A stretch of DNA of 64,000 nt from an uncultured Verrucomicrobiae bacterium (GCA_963782115.1 CAWAIK010000001.1:851500-915499), one strand, 5' to 3'; positions 1-10,896 are shown, counted from the first letter of the stretch. A program made the numbers and translations. The notes: generated from the letters alone by a model not told the origin.

Positions 1-116
1 GCAGCGACGAGTTGTTGGAGTCGCTTCTGGCGTCGCCGATCATTGTGAATGCTGAGCGCAGCCAACAATGGTAACACCAGCAAGCACCATAAAAAACCCG
101 GTTCGCCAAACGTCAT
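1..116 (-). CDS. BatB-like VWA-domain membrane protein, N-terminus only (runs off window edge)
   Basis: Minus strand reads MTFGEPGFLWCLLVLPLLAALSIHNDRRRQKRLQQLVA; its ATG overlaps the TGA of the batA-like gene (ATGA). Typical BatA/B N-terminal TM segment. Confidence 0.7.
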   Translation of the reverse strand, partial: MTFGEPGFLWCLLVLPLLAALSIHNDRRRQKRLQQLVA

Positions 117-1153
117 GGCACCTTACTCCAAATTGTCTCGCTCAAGACGAAAGTGGCTCCCAGCAGACAAAAGCCTGCACCCAAGAGCCATGCAAAAGCA
201 TCCTGGTAATTCTGGTACTTTTGTATTTGGACTTCCGTTTTTTCGAATTGATCAATCTGATTGAAGATCTCTGTCATCGTCTTGGTATCGGTGGCTCGGA
301 AGAAAACGCCATTGCCAATGCGCGCGATTTCTCTGCAGGTGTCTTCTTTGAACGGCATATATTCCTGCGAGTAGTAAGTGTTACCAAAACCGTCGGAGTG
401 CGGGAAAGGGACCAATCCGTTCGTGCCTGCGCCAATGGTGTAGATTTTGATGCCGATTGCCGCGGCGGCTTCAGCCGCCGTCAAAGGCGGGATCTTGCCG
501 GCGTTATTGTCACCGTCGGTCAGCAGAACGATGACCCGGCTTTTTGCGTGTTTATCACGAAGCCGATTTGCTGCCGTCGCCAGAGCAGATCCGATGGCCG
601 TGCCATCTTCGACAAGGCTCGACCCGATGACAGTCTGGTCGCCCATTCGGCGAATATTCAGGCGCGCGAGGTTTTCGACTAACCAGGTGTGATCGAGAGT
701 GAGCGGGCTGACCAGATAGGCCCGACCTGAGAAAGCGATCAGGCCGATGCGGTCATCGGGTCGGCCGGTGATGAATTTCTCGGTGACCTTTTTCACCACT
801 TCAAGCCGACTCGCCCGCTGGGATCCGATCGAATAATCTTCCGACAACATCGACAGCGAAACGTCGAGTAAAATCATGATATCGATGCCGCTGGCCCGAA
901 TTCGGTTTGTGGCGGTTCCCAATTGTGGTCGGGCAAGCGCGATGATCAAACTAGCGCAGGCAACGTAATAAAGCGCATTCTGGACGGCCTTCCTCCAGGA
1001 GCGCCGAAAAGTGGTCGCGCTCTCGAAGATGCGGGCGGCGGCGAATCGTATAACAGGCGGTCTTTGGAAGCGACGGCCGATGAGCCAGAACAGAGGAAGA
1101 AGAATCGCCAACAGCAGAAACCAAGGTTGTTCGAATCGGAAGTAGGTATTCAC
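113..1153 (-). CDS. batA: BatA-like VWA domain protein
   Basis: N-terminal TM, ALARPQ, MIDAS DVSLSM, GTAIG, LLTDG; lies in the MoxR-DUF58 operon. Confidence 0.85.
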   Translation of the reverse strand: MNTYFRFEQPWFLLLAILLPLFWLIGRRFQRPPVIRFAAARIFESATTFRRSWRKAVQNALYYVACASLIIALARPQLGTATNRIRASGIDIMILLDVSLSMLSEDYSIGSQRASRLEVVKKVTEKFITGRPDDRIGLIAFSGRAYLVSPLTLDHTWLVENLARLNIRRMGDQTVIGSSLVEDGTAIGSALATAANRLRDKHAKSRVIVLLTDGDNNAGKIPPLTAAEAAAAIGIKIYTIGAGTNGLVPFPHSDGFGNTYYSQEYMPFKEDTCREIARIGNGVFFRATDTKTMTEIFNQIDQFEKTEVQIQKYQNYQDAFAWLLGAGFCLLGATFVLSETIWSKVP

Positions 1154-1659
1154 TTTACCTCCTCTACGAAGGCGGAGGCCTGTTCAAACAGGGCTTCGCT
1201 TTCTGCTTTCCCGGCAGCAACCCGCGCGAATTTGATCGCATCACAGTCCACCAGAAAATGCCGCAACAATTCCTGGTGTGCGAGGTCAAAGTGGGAAGTT
1301 TGTGCAGCTTCATTCAAAAACTCGATCGTGGTTTGCCGGACGGCTTTAATGCCGAACTGTTGCTCGATAAAGCTTCTGAGAATATCGGAAACTTCAACGC
1401 TGAAATCATACGCGCTATTGTCCGAAATTCTTGCTTTCGCTTTTTCCAGGCGTCTTCTGGCCAGTTCTTTCGGCAACAGCGGCCGAACAATTCTTGGTTT
1501 CGGACTAGGCCAAAGAAAGTAGGCAATAATCGCGAGCACGAGCAGGATCGCAACAATGACCACCACCCAGAGAGCAGGAGGAGCGGGGATCGGAGGGCGA
1601 ATGTCCTCAATATCGTCCGGAGCCTTCGAAGCGGCTTGCGCTAGAAAAAACCAGATCAT
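1150..1659 (-). CDS. Bat-operon single-TM protein (DUF4381-like)
   Basis: DIEDIRPP followed by a TM helix, TTIEFL, DAIKFA; sits between DUF58 and batA with 4-bp overlaps. Confidence 0.75.
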   Translation of the reverse strand: MIWFFLAQAASKAPDDIEDIRPPIPAPPALWVVVIVAILLVLAIIAYFLWPSPKPRIVRPLLPKELARRRLEKAKARISDNSAYDFSVEVSDILRSFIEQQFGIKAVRQTTIEFLNEAAQTSHFDLAHQELLRHFLVDCDAIKFARVAAGKAESEALFEQASAFVEEVK

Positions 1660-2543
1660 TGACGTCTGAGCCGGTTTTCTCTTCGGATGAAGAACGACCG
1701 GAGCACGGGAAAATAATCTTGATCGGTGCGAAGCGGCACTGAATCGATTTTTTTCCGACGAAACAATGCTTCTCGACCAATTCGCTCTTTCCCGGCAAAT
1801 TCGCTGAATTCGGATCGCACTCGGCCGTCGGAAGAATCGATCTCGTAGATCGCGCCGGTCTCAGGGTCTTCGACCAGGACCCATCCGATATTCGGCAACG
1901 ATTGTTCGCCAGGATCTTCGATTGGAATCGCGATCAGGTCGTGTCGGCGGCTGCAAATGGTCAAAGGCTTTTCGTAATGCTCCGCGTGAAAATCCGACAG
2001 CAGAAACACCACAGCCCGTCTGGTGGTCACGCGATTCAGAAAATCCAGCGGTTGCTTCAGATCTGTTTTTTTTCCTTTTGGCTCAAAGTAAAGAATTTCG
2101 CGGATCAGCCTCAGGATATGGAGCCGTCCTTTTCTAGGTGCGACGTAAAGCTCCACTCGATCGGTGAACAACATCAGTCCGACTTTATCGTTGTTTCGAA
2201 TTGCACAAAAGGCCAGCAAACAAGCCACTTCAGCAGCCAGTTCTCTCTTGCTGGCGTTGACACTGCCGTAACTTCCAGACGCACTCACATCGATTAAAAG
2301 CACGACCGTCAGTTCGCGTTCTTCGATATATTTCCGGACATACGGTTCACCCATCCGAGCTGTCACATTCCAATCGATCGAGCGAACTTCGTCGCCGAAA
2401 TCGTACTGGCGGAATTCATCAAAATTCATTCCCCGCCCCTTAAAGACGCTGTGATATTGCCCGGCGAAAGCAGTTTCCACGAAACGACGGGTGCGAAGTT
2501 CCAGCTTGCGGATCTTTTTCAGGATCTCAGGAACAGACTGCAT
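1656..2543 (-). CDS. DUF58 domain protein (MoxR-associated)
   Basis: GMNFDEFRQY..GDEVRSIDWNVTAR, EEREL, DVSAS motifs. Confidence 0.9.
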   Translation of the reverse strand: MQSVPEILKKIRKLELRTRRFVETAFAGQYHSVFKGRGMNFDEFRQYDFGDEVRSIDWNVTARMGEPYVRKYIEERELTVVLLIDVSASGSYGSVNASKRELAAEVACLLAFCAIRNNDKVGLMLFTDRVELYVAPRKGRLHILRLIREILYFEPKGKKTDLKQPLDFLNRVTTRRAVVFLLSDFHAEHYEKPLTICSRRHDLIAIPIEDPGEQSLPNIGWVLVEDPETGAIYEIDSSDGRVRSEFSEFAGKERIGREALFRRKKIDSVPLRTDQDYFPVLRSFFIRRENRLRRQ

Positions 2544-2552
2544 GGACTTAAA

Positions 2553-3542
2553 TCATGGGACGGGAAGTCCGGCAAAAATTCTTTGAATGATAGTTTCGCT
2601 CGTTATCTCTTCGGCCTCGGCCTCATAGCTGACGATCACCCGATGCCTCAGAACATCCAGGCCAACCGATTTAATATCCTGCGGCGTGACGTAGCCTCTC
2701 CCGTTCAGAAATGCGTGGGCGCGAGACGCGAGAGTCAGGTTGATGGTCGCACGTGGAGAAGCTCCGTACCGGATCAGGCCTTCCATTCCAAGATGGTACT
2801 CTTCCGGCCGACGGGTCGCCCAGACGATATCCACAATGTAGTCTTTCACCCGATCATCGATAAAAATGCGATTCACGATATCGCGTGAGCGGATGATTTC
2901 ATCCGCCGACGCGACTGTTTGAACGGAAAGATCCGGCGCTGAAGTGCCCATAAGATCCAGGATCTTGCGTTCCTCGGTCTTGGATGGGTAGGCAATGTTG
3001 AGCTTTAACATGAACCGATCCAACTGAGCTTCAGGCAGCTGATAGGTGCCCTCCTGCTCGAGCGGATTCTGCGTAGCGAGTACCAGAAAGGGATCCGACA
3101 GAGGATAGGACTGGTCGCTGATGGTGATGCGCCGTTCCTGCATCGCTTCGAGCAGGGCGCTTTGCACCTTCGCTGGAGCACGATTAATTTCGTCTGCCAA
3201 AATCAGGTTGGAAAAGATCGGGCCGAGTTTCGGTCGAAATTCACCGTCACGCGGGTTGTAGATCATCGTCCCGATGATATCCGCCGGTAACAGGTCCGGC
3301 GTGAATTGGAGACGCTGAAATTTCGTGTGAACACAGGAAGCGAGCGTTTTAACGGCCAGCGTTTTCGCCAGTCCGGGAACACCTTCCAGAAGAACGTGGC
3401 CGTTTGCCAGCAATCCGATGAGCAAGCGGTCGATCAGATATTTCTGGCCCACAATCACTCGAGAAATTTCATTCTGAACCGCGTGCACCCATTGGCAATT
3501 GCCCTTTACTTCCTCCGTAATTGCCTCAGTCGAAATGGTCAT
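2553..3542 (-). CDS. moxR: MoxR family AAA+ ATPase
   Basis: EGVPGLAKT Walker A, QFTPDLLPADI, DEINRAPAKVQSALLEAM, ATQNP. Confidence 0.95.
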   Translation of the reverse strand: MTISTEAITEEVKGNCQWVHAVQNEISRVIVGQKYLIDRLLIGLLANGHVLLEGVPGLAKTLAVKTLASCVHTKFQRLQFTPDLLPADIIGTMIYNPRDGEFRPKLGPIFSNLILADEINRAPAKVQSALLEAMQERRITISDQSYPLSDPFLVLATQNPLEQEGTYQLPEAQLDRFMLKLNIAYPSKTEERKILDLMGTSAPDLSVQTVASADEIIRSRDIVNRIFIDDRVKDYIVDIVWATRRPEEYHLGMEGLIRYGASPRATINLTLASRAHAFLNGRGYVTPQDIKSVGLDVLRHRVIVSYEAEAEEITSETIIQRIFAGLPVP

Positions 3543-3590
3543 ATCGGTGTTACAGGTCAGACAGTCTACCCGTGTATCCGTTTAAATACA

Positions 3591-3678
3591 GGGTAGGCAG
3601 AGCGTTCCGCTTTGCTTCTCCAGGATCGACGCGGCGCGAAGCTCCTTCAAATTCGAGCAAAGTGGCGCTTCGCCCATC
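3591..3678. repeat. GTAG-type REP-like imperfect palindrome
   Basis: GGGTAGGCAGAGCGTTCCGCTTTGCT ... AGCAAAGTGGCGCTTCGCCCATC; related copy at 28152-28214. Confidence 0.55.
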
Positions 3679-3755
3679 GCTTTCATGGACCTACGAGCGG
3701 GAAGCCCGCGCGATTCTGACGCGCTTTTTCGTTGCAACCTGCGAATCTCGTAACC

Positions 3756-5051
3756 ATGTTTCTGCCAATCTTGTATCCGACTCCCTGGCAGAGAAAGTTG
3801 CTCTGGAACGCGATCGCCTCGCTCTCCTTGCTGGTGATCGCTGCGATCGTCGTTTTCACCCTGTATGTCGCGACGCAAATTCTCGCCTTTCTTCAACCTC
3901 TTCTTTTGCCGGTAGCTGTGGCGGGGGTGTTCGCCTATTTGCTGGAGCCAGTTGTCAGTTGGCTTGCCCGGAATAAGGTGCCGCGACTTCTAGCTGTCAT
4001 CACGGTGTTTGGCGGGTTTGTCCTGAGCGCGACGCTTTTGGTCATCGGAGTCGTTCCCTCGATTTACACTGAAAGCGTGAAGTTTTCTTCTGCGCTTCCC
4101 GGGTATCTGGTACGAGGGTGGGGTTCCATTGACGGTTTTCTAGAGCAAAATCTGGAGAAGATTCCTCAACTTGGAGGCAATCCATCTCCCTCTGCGACAC
4201 CCGAGTCGAACGCCAGGGCGACACCTACACCGGCACCGGATCTGGGTTCAGGGAGCGACAACTCGAACAGAAGTCTCGCGCGCTATCAAAACAACCCTTA
4301 CGTCCAGCAATCGCTGCAATATTTGCAGGATCAGCTTCCTTCATTGGTGCAACGTACTTGGATCTTCATCCAGACAAGCCTGACGGGTGTTTTCGGCGTG
4401 TTCGGCTTCATGTTTGGTTTGCTGATTGTCCCCATCTATCTGTTTTTCTTCCTGAAAGAGAGCCCGCGGATTGCGCAATCCTGGAGCAATTACCTGCCGC
4501 TTCGTCGCTCGGAATTTAAAGACGAGGTGGTCACCGTCCTGACTGAGATCAATGGTTATCTCATCAATTTTTTTCGTGGCCAATTGGTGGTGGCAATTAT
4601 CAACGGGATCCTGGTGGGGGTTGGGCTCTCGATTGTGGGCCTGCAATTCGGCTTTCTCATCGGGCTGGGATTCTTGTTCTTCGGGATCATTCCTTACGTC
4701 GGATACATTGTGTGCTATATCCCGGCGATCCTGATTGCGTTTGCGCAATTCAATGATTGGGCACATCCGTTGTGGGTAACGATTATCTTCTTTCTGATCG
4801 TCGCCCAGATCGATGGTCTCGTGACCACTCCTCGGATCGTCGGAAATTCGGTGGGACTCCATCCAATGACAGTCATCATGTCTGTCTTTTTATGGACCCT
4901 CGTCCTTGGAGGTCTGCTCGGAGCGGTCCTGGCGATTCCGTTGACCGCGACGCTGAAAGTGTTGCTCCATCGCTATGTGTGGGATCGTCAAAGGAACATC
5001 TTTTTTCAGGAAGATATCCCTTCAAAGGAGGAGATCGAAATCGCGACCTAG
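3756..5051 (+). CDS. AI-2E family transporter
   Basis: Multiple TM helices, FFRGQL, IPYVG, PRIVGNSVGLHP, LAIPLTA; ATG at 3756 preferred over the track start at 3732. Confidence 0.9.
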   Translation: MFLPILYPTPWQRKLLWNAIASLSLLVIAAIVVFTLYVATQILAFLQPLLLPVAVAGVFAYLLEPVVSWLARNKVPRLLAVITVFGGFVLSATLLVIGVVPSIYTESVKFSSALPGYLVRGWGSIDGFLEQNLEKIPQLGGNPSPSATPESNARATPTPAPDLGSGSDNSNRSLARYQNNPYVQQSLQYLQDQLPSLVQRTWIFIQTSLTGVFGVFGFMFGLLIVPIYLFFFLKESPRIAQSWSNYLPLRRSEFKDEVVTVLTEINGYLINFFRGQLVVAIINGILVGVGLSIVGLQFGFLIGLGFLFFGIIPYVGYIVCYIPAILIAFAQFNDWAHPLWVTIIFFLIVAQIDGLVTTPRIVGNSVGLHPMTVIMSVFLWTLVLGGLLGAVLAIPLTATLKVLLHRYVWDRQRNIFFQEDIPSKEEIEIAT

Positions 5052-5090
5052 CCAGGGGACAGGACCTTAAAACTCAAGCCTCAAAACGGG

Positions 5091-6446
5091 CTACGTCATA
5101 TGAGCGATGATGTTGTCCCCGAATTCCGAGCATTTTATTTCGGTTGCCCCGTCCATCAACCGCGCGAAGTCGTATGTGACTCTCTTACTCGCGATGGCGT
5201 CGTTCAGTCCCTTGATCACCAGATCCGCGGCTTCTGCCCAACCCAGGTGCCTTAACATCATTTCTCCCGACAGCACAACTGAACCCGGGTTGACCTTGTC
5301 GAGATTCGCATACTTGGGCGCGGTGCCGTGTGTCGCTTCAAAAATAGCGTGTCCGGTGTGGTAATTGATGTTGCCACCGGGTGCGATTCCAATCCCACCG
5401 ACTTGAGCGGCCAGAGCGTCCGAAAGATAGTCGCCGTTTAAATTCAGCGTCGCGATCACATCGAAGTCTTCCGGGCGTGTCAGAATCTGTTGCAAGGTGA
5501 TGTCGGCAATCGCGTCCTTGACGAGGATTTTCCCGCCGGCCAACGCCGCCTTCATCTCATCGTTAGCGTCTTTTTCTCCTTTCTCCTTCTTTGTCCGCTC
5601 CCATTTCGTCCAGGAATATGTCTCGTTGCCAAAAAGAGTGTCCGCAAGCTCATACCCCCAATCTCTAAAGCTTCCCTCGGTGAACTTCATGATGTTGCCC
5701 TTATGCACGAACGTGACGGATTTTTTCTTGTTCTTGATCGCGTACCGAATAGCTGCAGCGATGAGGCGGTTGGACCCCAGATGACTCACCGATTTGATCC
5801 CGATTCCAACCTCAATGTCCGGGTTTCCGATCGCCGGCTCGGCGGACAAAAAATCTTTAGTGGCTTTTGCGGTCCCAAAACGAATCTTCGAGAATTCTTT
5901 GGGGAACTCTTGTTCGAACAACTTCAAGAAACGCTGAGACTCCGGAGAGCCGGCACGGAACTCGATTCCGGCGTAAATATCCTCCGTGTTTTCCCGGAAG
6001 ATCACCATGTCGATTTTTTCGGGATGTTTGACAGGGGACGGTACACCTTTAAAGTACTGAACGGGTCGCAGGCAAACGTACAAATCCAGGAGTTGGCGAA
6101 GCGCCACGTTCAGTGAGCGAATTCCTCCTCCAACGGGAGTTGTGAGGGGTCCTTTAATCCCTACTAGATATTCTCTGAAAGCGTTGACGGTGTCTTCCGG
6201 CAACCAATCGTCGAAACGATTCTTCGCCGTTTCGCCTGCGAAAACTTCAAACCAGGCAATTTTTCTGGAACCCTTGTACGCTTTTTCGACTGCCGCATCG
6301 AACACGCGTTCGCTTGCCGCCCAAATGTCCGACCCGGTGCCATCGCCTCGAATGAATGGAATAACCGGATTGTCCGGGCAGTGGATCTCGCCGTTGTGAA
6401 TGGTGATTTTGCCCCCGCTGGGTGCCTGTACTTTTTGGTGTGCCAT
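5091..6446 (-). CDS. icd: NADP-dependent isocitrate dehydrogenase
   Basis: [57 protein letters not shown]; start MAHQKV at 6446. Confidence 0.95.
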   Translation of the reverse strand: MAHQKVQAPSGGKITIHNGEIHCPDNPVIPFIRGDGTGSDIWAASERVFDAAVEKAYKGSRKIAWFEVFAGETAKNRFDDWLPEDTVNAFREYLVGIKGPLTTPVGGGIRSLNVALRQLLDLYVCLRPVQYFKGVPSPVKHPEKIDMVIFRENTEDIYAGIEFRAGSPESQRFLKLFEQEFPKEFSKIRFGTAKATKDFLSAEPAIGNPDIEVGIGIKSVSHLGSNRLIAAAIRYAIKNKKKSVTFVHKGNIMKFTEGSFRDWGYELADTLFGNETYSWTKWERTKKEKGEKDANDEMKAALAGGKILVKDAIADITLQQILTRPEDFDVIATLNLNGDYLSDALAAQVGGIGIAPGGNINYHTGHAIFEATHGTAPKYANLDKVNPGSVVLSGEMMLRHLGWAEAADLVIKGLNDAIASKRVTYDFARLMDGATEIKCSEFGDNIIAHMT

Positions 6447-6675
6447 AGTGCTTCGCTTCGAACAGGAATTGACTGGACCTGGAAACCATCTGAACAGGCA
6501 TTCCTCACCCAAAAAGGCACGGTGCGCAAATGACGATTTAGGATCCGTGCCAGCAAGGAAAAGCTCGGAAGCCAATCGCGAATGAGGAAAGCAGGCGCGC
6601 GGCGAGTTGCAAACCAAAGGGTCTATGCTTTAATCATGGCGAGAAACTTAACTCCCTTGATTTTTTATATTGTCT

Positions 6676-7164
6676 ATGTTTACAACCGAGCAACGCTCGA
6701 CCGAGCAACGCTCTGATTTCGACCTGCAAATCGCCGCAGAAGAACTTGCCGAAATCGTCATGCATATGCAGCGGAAGTTTCTGCACAACCTGTCAGAGGA
6801 GCTGGGTCACGGGAGCGTATCTTTTCCGCAATATTTTCTGCTCGGGTGTCTGGAGAAACAGGAAGTGATCACGATGTCTGGTATCGCTTCGAAGATGGGC
6901 CACACCACCGCCGCCGCTACCGGACTAGTCGATAGGCTCGAAAAGCTGGGGTATGTTCAGCGCTCCCATGCGCTGGATGATCGGCGTAAGGTGATGGTGA
7001 AAATTACCCAGAAAGGCTCTGGCCTGGTCGCGCAAATTCGTAGAGACATGGTGAACAAGATTGTAACTCTTTTGCGGGAATATCTGACCGCCGAGGAAGG
7101 AAGGGCCTGGCTTCAGATCTACCGCAAGATTGCAGATTGTTCCGATAAACTGCCCAAAAAATAA
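6676..7164 (+). CDS. MarR family transcriptional regulator
   Basis: TGLVDRLEKLGYVQR..DRRKVMVKITQKG winged-helix signature. Confidence 0.9.
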   Translation: MFTTEQRSTEQRSDFDLQIAAEELAEIVMHMQRKFLHNLSEELGHGSVSFPQYFLLGCLEKQEVITMSGIASKMGHTTAAATGLVDRLEKLGYVQRSHALDDRRKVMVKITQKGSGLVAQIRRDMVNKIVTLLREYLTAEEGRAWLQIYRKIADCSDKLPKK

Positions 7165-8777
7165 TGAGACTTCCGCTGTTTGCCTTAACCGTCGCAGGGA
7201 TGTCCTGCAATTTGATCGCCGGCGAGTCGACTGTTGGTTACCGCAGTCATCCGCTAACAATCGATGAAGCTGTTCAACTCGCGCTCAAGCAGAATCCCTC
7301 TGTCTTGCAGCAAATACAACAACTCAAGGCATTGAAAGGTCTTTTTTACCAGGCGCAGGCCAAGTTGCTGCCCCAGCTGACCGCTGCCTCCAATTATTCG
7401 CAGACGGATACCGCTTTGAACCCGAGGCTTTCTGCCGGTAAGCCCAATTTTGATCTCCTTGCTGTGCCAAGCGGTCAGACCCTGGCCATCAATCCAGTTA
7501 CCGGAGCCACTAATGCCATCGGCATTCCGGGCAGCATATTAACCAGTGGGTCCACCTCGGCAAATCAAACCTGGCAGGTCACCTTGACCGTATCTCAACT
7601 GATCTGGGACGGCGGCGCGACGATCGCATCGCGTCGGGCGGCGCGGATCAACGAAGACCAGGGTTACTACACGCTGCGCGACACCATCGACACGGTCGTC
7701 GAGACGGTCCGTACGCAGTTCTATCAAATCCTCCTCGATAAAGCCTTGGTCCAGGTTCAGGAAGAATCGGTAAATCTTCTCCAAAGCCAATTGGAAGACC
7801 AGAAGAGCCGCTACGAGGCAGGGACTGTTCCGCAATTCAACGTTCTCCAAGCTGAGGGCACACTGGAAAACCAGATCCCGCAACTGATCGCGGCCCGGAA
7901 CAATTATCGGATCTCTGAACTGACGCTTGCGCGAACTCTTGGAATTCCGGCAGATCGCCAGTATACGACCGACAATCCATTGCCGGTAGAGGGAGAACTC
8001 GGCTTTAGCCCGATGAAATACGATCTTGCTTCTGCGCTGATTGCCGCGCGTGCAAACCGCCCGTTTCTCAAGGCGCAACGGTCTGCAATTCTTGCTAGTG
8101 TGGAAAACATCACCGTGCAGGCGGCCGGTTTTCAGCCAACCGTCACCGCAAATGTCGGCTTGGAGCAAGAGAGCAACCCAACGACCAATAATTTGACCCG
8201 CACGCTCCAGGGGTGGTTCCTGGGCCTGCAGGGTTCCTGGAATGTCTTCGACGGTTTCCTGACCTACGGCAAAGTGAAGCAGGCGCGAGCGCAATTGGAG
8301 CAGGCGAAGGTCACCTACGATGATTCTGTGCGGCAAGTCGAACTTGAAGTCGCCACTGCGGTCAGCAACCTGCGGCAAGCCACCCAAACAGTGGATAGCG
8401 CTCAGACAGGTGTGAACGTAAACCTCGAGGCGTTGCGTCTGGCTGATGAGCGTCTCGCGGCCGGTACCGGTACTCAGCTTGACGTTTTAACGGCGCAACA
8501 AGCTCTCACGACGGCACGCTCCAATCTGGTGCAGGCTGAGTTTTCCTACGTCTCAGCCGTCGCCTCCTACCAGCAGGCAACGGCGACCGAGACATGGTAC
8601 AACGATATGTTCGATTCTCCGGCCTTACGTCCATCCACTTTGACCACGACTGAGGCTGCAAAAGCGGCTCGGGCGCGGCATGATTCGCCGCTCGATCCGG
8701 GCAAACCGGCCACTCAGAAGGCAAAACGTGAATCTCTGACTCCGCCACAGGGCAAGGTGGAAACTACCAATGACTAA
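7164..8777 (+). CDS. TolC family outer membrane protein
   Basis: Signal peptide, LTIDEAVQLAL, two OEP repeats (RYEAGTVPQFNVLQA; RLAAGTGTQLDVLTA). Confidence 0.9.
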   Translation: MRLPLFALTVAGMSCNLIAGESTVGYRSHPLTIDEAVQLALKQNPSVLQQIQQLKALKGLFYQAQAKLLPQLTAASNYSQTDTALNPRLSAGKPNFDLLAVPSGQTLAINPVTGATNAIGIPGSILTSGSTSANQTWQVTLTVSQLIWDGGATIASRRAARINEDQGYYTLRDTIDTVVETVRTQFYQILLDKALVQVQEESVNLLQSQLEDQKSRYEAGTVPQFNVLQAEGTLENQIPQLIAARNNYRISELTLARTLGIPADRQYTTDNPLPVEGELGFSPMKYDLASALIAARANRPFLKAQRSAILASVENITVQAAGFQPTVTANVGLEQESNPTTNNLTRTLQGWFLGLQGSWNVFDGFLTYGKVKQARAQLEQAKVTYDDSVRQVELEVATAVSNLRQATQTVDSAQTGVNVNLEALRLADERLAAGTGTQLDVLTAQQALTTARSNLVQAEFSYVSAVASYQQATATETWYNDMFDSPALRPSTLTTTEAAKAARARHDSPLDPGKPATQKAKRESLTPPQGKVETTND

Positions 8778-9456
8778 CCCGCCTGTTGAACGTTTTCCCG
8801 CCCTCGAAGTGCTGGAAGACGTTCTGCATGGCTTTGTTCTCAGAGTGCCGGGGCTCGACGTTCGCGCGGATCGGGAGATTGCGCTGCGGAGACTGGACGC
8901 ATTTCACGAAATAGCGCGCCGGAGCTTTGGAACGCGGCAAGTTCGTCTCGCCCAACAAGTCCACGGCAACTCGGTCGCCGTTGTCACGGTTGATTCTGCC
9001 GTCAAGAGTGCGCACGCCGATGCTTTGATCACAAGTGATCCAGAGGTCTTGCTCGGGATACACGTAGCCGATTGTTGCGCGGTATTTTTGGTCGATTCTC
9101 AACAGGGCGCCATCGGCTTGGTGCATTCGGGAAGGAAGGGAACCGAATTGAATATCGTTGGTGCCGCGGTTCAGAAAATGCGAATTGAGTTTGGCACGGA
9201 CCCTGCATGCCTTGTGGCGCAGCTTAGTCCGTGCATTCGGCCGCCTCATTACGAAGTCGATTTCGCCGCTGAAATCGTGCAGAGTCTCAAGCGTTCCGGA
9301 GTTCGTCGGGTATTCGATTCAGGTGAGAATACCGCAGCGGATCTGGAAAGATATTATTCGTACCGGATGGAAAAAGGTCGGACCGGCCGCATGCTGGCTT
9401 TACTGGCCCGGAAGGGGAGCGTACCAGCGAGCGGGCGTATCGGCCTATCGGCGTAG
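8770..9456 (+). CDS. pgeF: YfiH/PgeF (laccase-domain, purine nucleoside phosphorylase-like) protein
   Basis: QVHGN, VADCCAV, HSGRKG, YSYR..GR motifs. Confidence 0.85.
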   Translation: MTNPPVERFPALEVLEDVLHGFVLRVPGLDVRADREIALRRLDAFHEIARRSFGTRQVRLAQQVHGNSVAVVTVDSAVKSAHADALITSDPEVLLGIHVADCCAVFLVDSQQGAIGLVHSGRKGTELNIVGAAVQKMRIEFGTDPACLVAQLSPCIRPPHYEVDFAAEIVQSLKRSGVRRVFDSGENTAADLERYYSYRMEKGRTGRMLALLARKGSVPASGRIGLSA

Positions 9457-9469
9457 GTAGAGGCTTTCT

Positions 9470-10183
9470 GTGTGGACAAATTTACTCGTTCCCACTCGGG
9501 CATTCGACGATGCGACCATCGAAATGATGGATCGTCCCCAACTTGTGTCAGCGGAACTGTTGGTTGATTTGGAGAATCTTCAACAGCTGAATCGATACTT
9601 CGGCAGCTACGCACTGATTCGGTTTTTCCTGCGTCGCTGGTTTCGTCCGGGAAGTCCCGTCACCGCGATCGATTTGTGTACTGGTTTTGGTGATATTCCC
9701 CGCTTCGTGGTCGATTGGTGCCGGGCGAACGAAATTAGCGCCCGGATCACCGCAGTTGATTTTCAACCGGCCACTCTCGAATTGGCGATGGAGCGTTCAC
9801 GGTCTCATCCCGAAATAACCTTCGTTGTCTCCGACGTGTTCAAGTTTGTGCCGGCCAGTCCGGTTGATTTCGTGTTCTGTTCGCTAGCGCTGCATCATTT
9901 TGCTGACGATGCCGCGATCCGGCTTCTGCAGCAGGCACGGTCTCTAGCCCAAAGAGGCGTTCTGGTCGCTGATCTGGAACGCAGCGATTTCGGGCTCGCC
10001 GGCATTTATCTATTGACCTCCTGCATCTATCGGGAGCCCATGACGCGTTTTGACGCCCGCCTTTCGTTCCGGCGTGCCTTTTCGTTTTCCGAGATGCGCC
10101 GGTTGGCATCGGCAGCCGGCTGGCAAGGTTTTGGCCATCGGCGTTTTCCGGTCTGCCGGCAAGCCATTTGGCTCGAGAGTTGA
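9470..10183 (+). CDS. Class I SAM-dependent methyltransferase
   Basis: EMMD, DLCTGFGD, SLALHHF, DLERS, DARLSFRRAF. Confidence 0.85.
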   Translation: MWTNLLVPTRAFDDATIEMMDRPQLVSAELLVDLENLQQLNRYFGSYALIRFFLRRWFRPGSPVTAIDLCTGFGDIPRFVVDWCRANEISARITAVDFQPATLELAMERSRSHPEITFVVSDVFKFVPASPVDFVFCSLALHHFADDAAIRLLQQARSLAQRGVLVADLERSDFGLAGIYLLTSCIYREPMTRFDARLSFRRAFSFSEMRRLASAAGWQGFGHRRFPVCRQAIWLES

Positions 10184-10217
10184 ACCCGGGACAAATACCG
10201 GCGAGAATGCGGACTTA

Positions 10218-10715
10218 ATGAGACCATTTGCGGTATTGCTGTTGATCCCCGCTTTGCTCTCCGCGCGGTTGGTTCATGCCCAAGAAACCAAGATCGATGT
10301 GGATCGGTTTCATTTGGAAGTGATTCAAGGCGCAGAGGCCCACGCCACCGTCAACAAGGAGGGACCTGATGGGCAGCCGGCCGCAACGGTCACCGTCTCC
10401 AAAATTGGCGCGGAATTCTGGAGCGTCGAATTGCGGGCCCCGGATATCAACTTCGAACCCGGCAAAACGTACGAAGTAAAGTTTCAGGCTAAAAGTGTGC
10501 CCTCACAGTTCATTTATGTCGTTCCTGAAAAGGTTGACGGAAATCAGGCATCGGTCGCACTCGGAACGACCCTGCAAACCTCCGATCAATGGACGGATTG
10601 CACCGTCCTTTTTCAGACCACGGATACGGCAAATCCCGGGCGTTTAACTCTCTCCAGCCTGTCCGCGAATCCGGCTTCCTACTGGTTCAGCAATGTTCGT
10701 GTGAACGAAAAATAG
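10218..10715 (+). CDS. Secreted carbohydrate-binding (CBM4/9-like) domain protein
   Basis: Signal peptide MRPFAVLLL..AQE; W.VEL, PGKTYEVKFQAK, W..C.V.F, WFSNV jelly-roll pattern. Confidence 0.6.
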   Translation: MRPFAVLLLIPALLSARLVHAQETKIDVDRFHLEVIQGAEAHATVNKEGPDGQPAATVTVSKIGAEFWSVELRAPDINFEPGKTYEVKFQAKSVPSQFIYVVPEKVDGNQASVALGTTLQTSDQWTDCTVLFQTTDTANPGRLTLSSLSANPASYWFSNVRVNEK

Positions 10716-10782
10716 TCAGGAGGCAGGATCGGAAAAAGCAGCATTCCCGTTTGATTGCTACTTGTTTTCGCAGGATTCCGAT

Positions 10783-10837
10783 AACTGACTGACACTGACA
10801 ACTGACCACTGAGAACTGATTGGCAACTGACACCTGA
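10783..10837. repeat. Degenerate ACTGAC(A/C)-type 6-7 bp tandem repeat
   Basis: aactgactgacactgacaactgaccactgagaactgattggcaactgacacctga between convergent genes. Confidence 0.75.
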
Positions 10838-10896
10838 GTCTGCAGAAAACAAGAGGCGCTCCTCTCTTTCCGACATCCTTCGCAGACGAGATGCGA

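Noticed and set aside
7539..8387. 282-aa - strand ORF
   Set aside because: Antisense to the tolC-family gene; no independent evidence.
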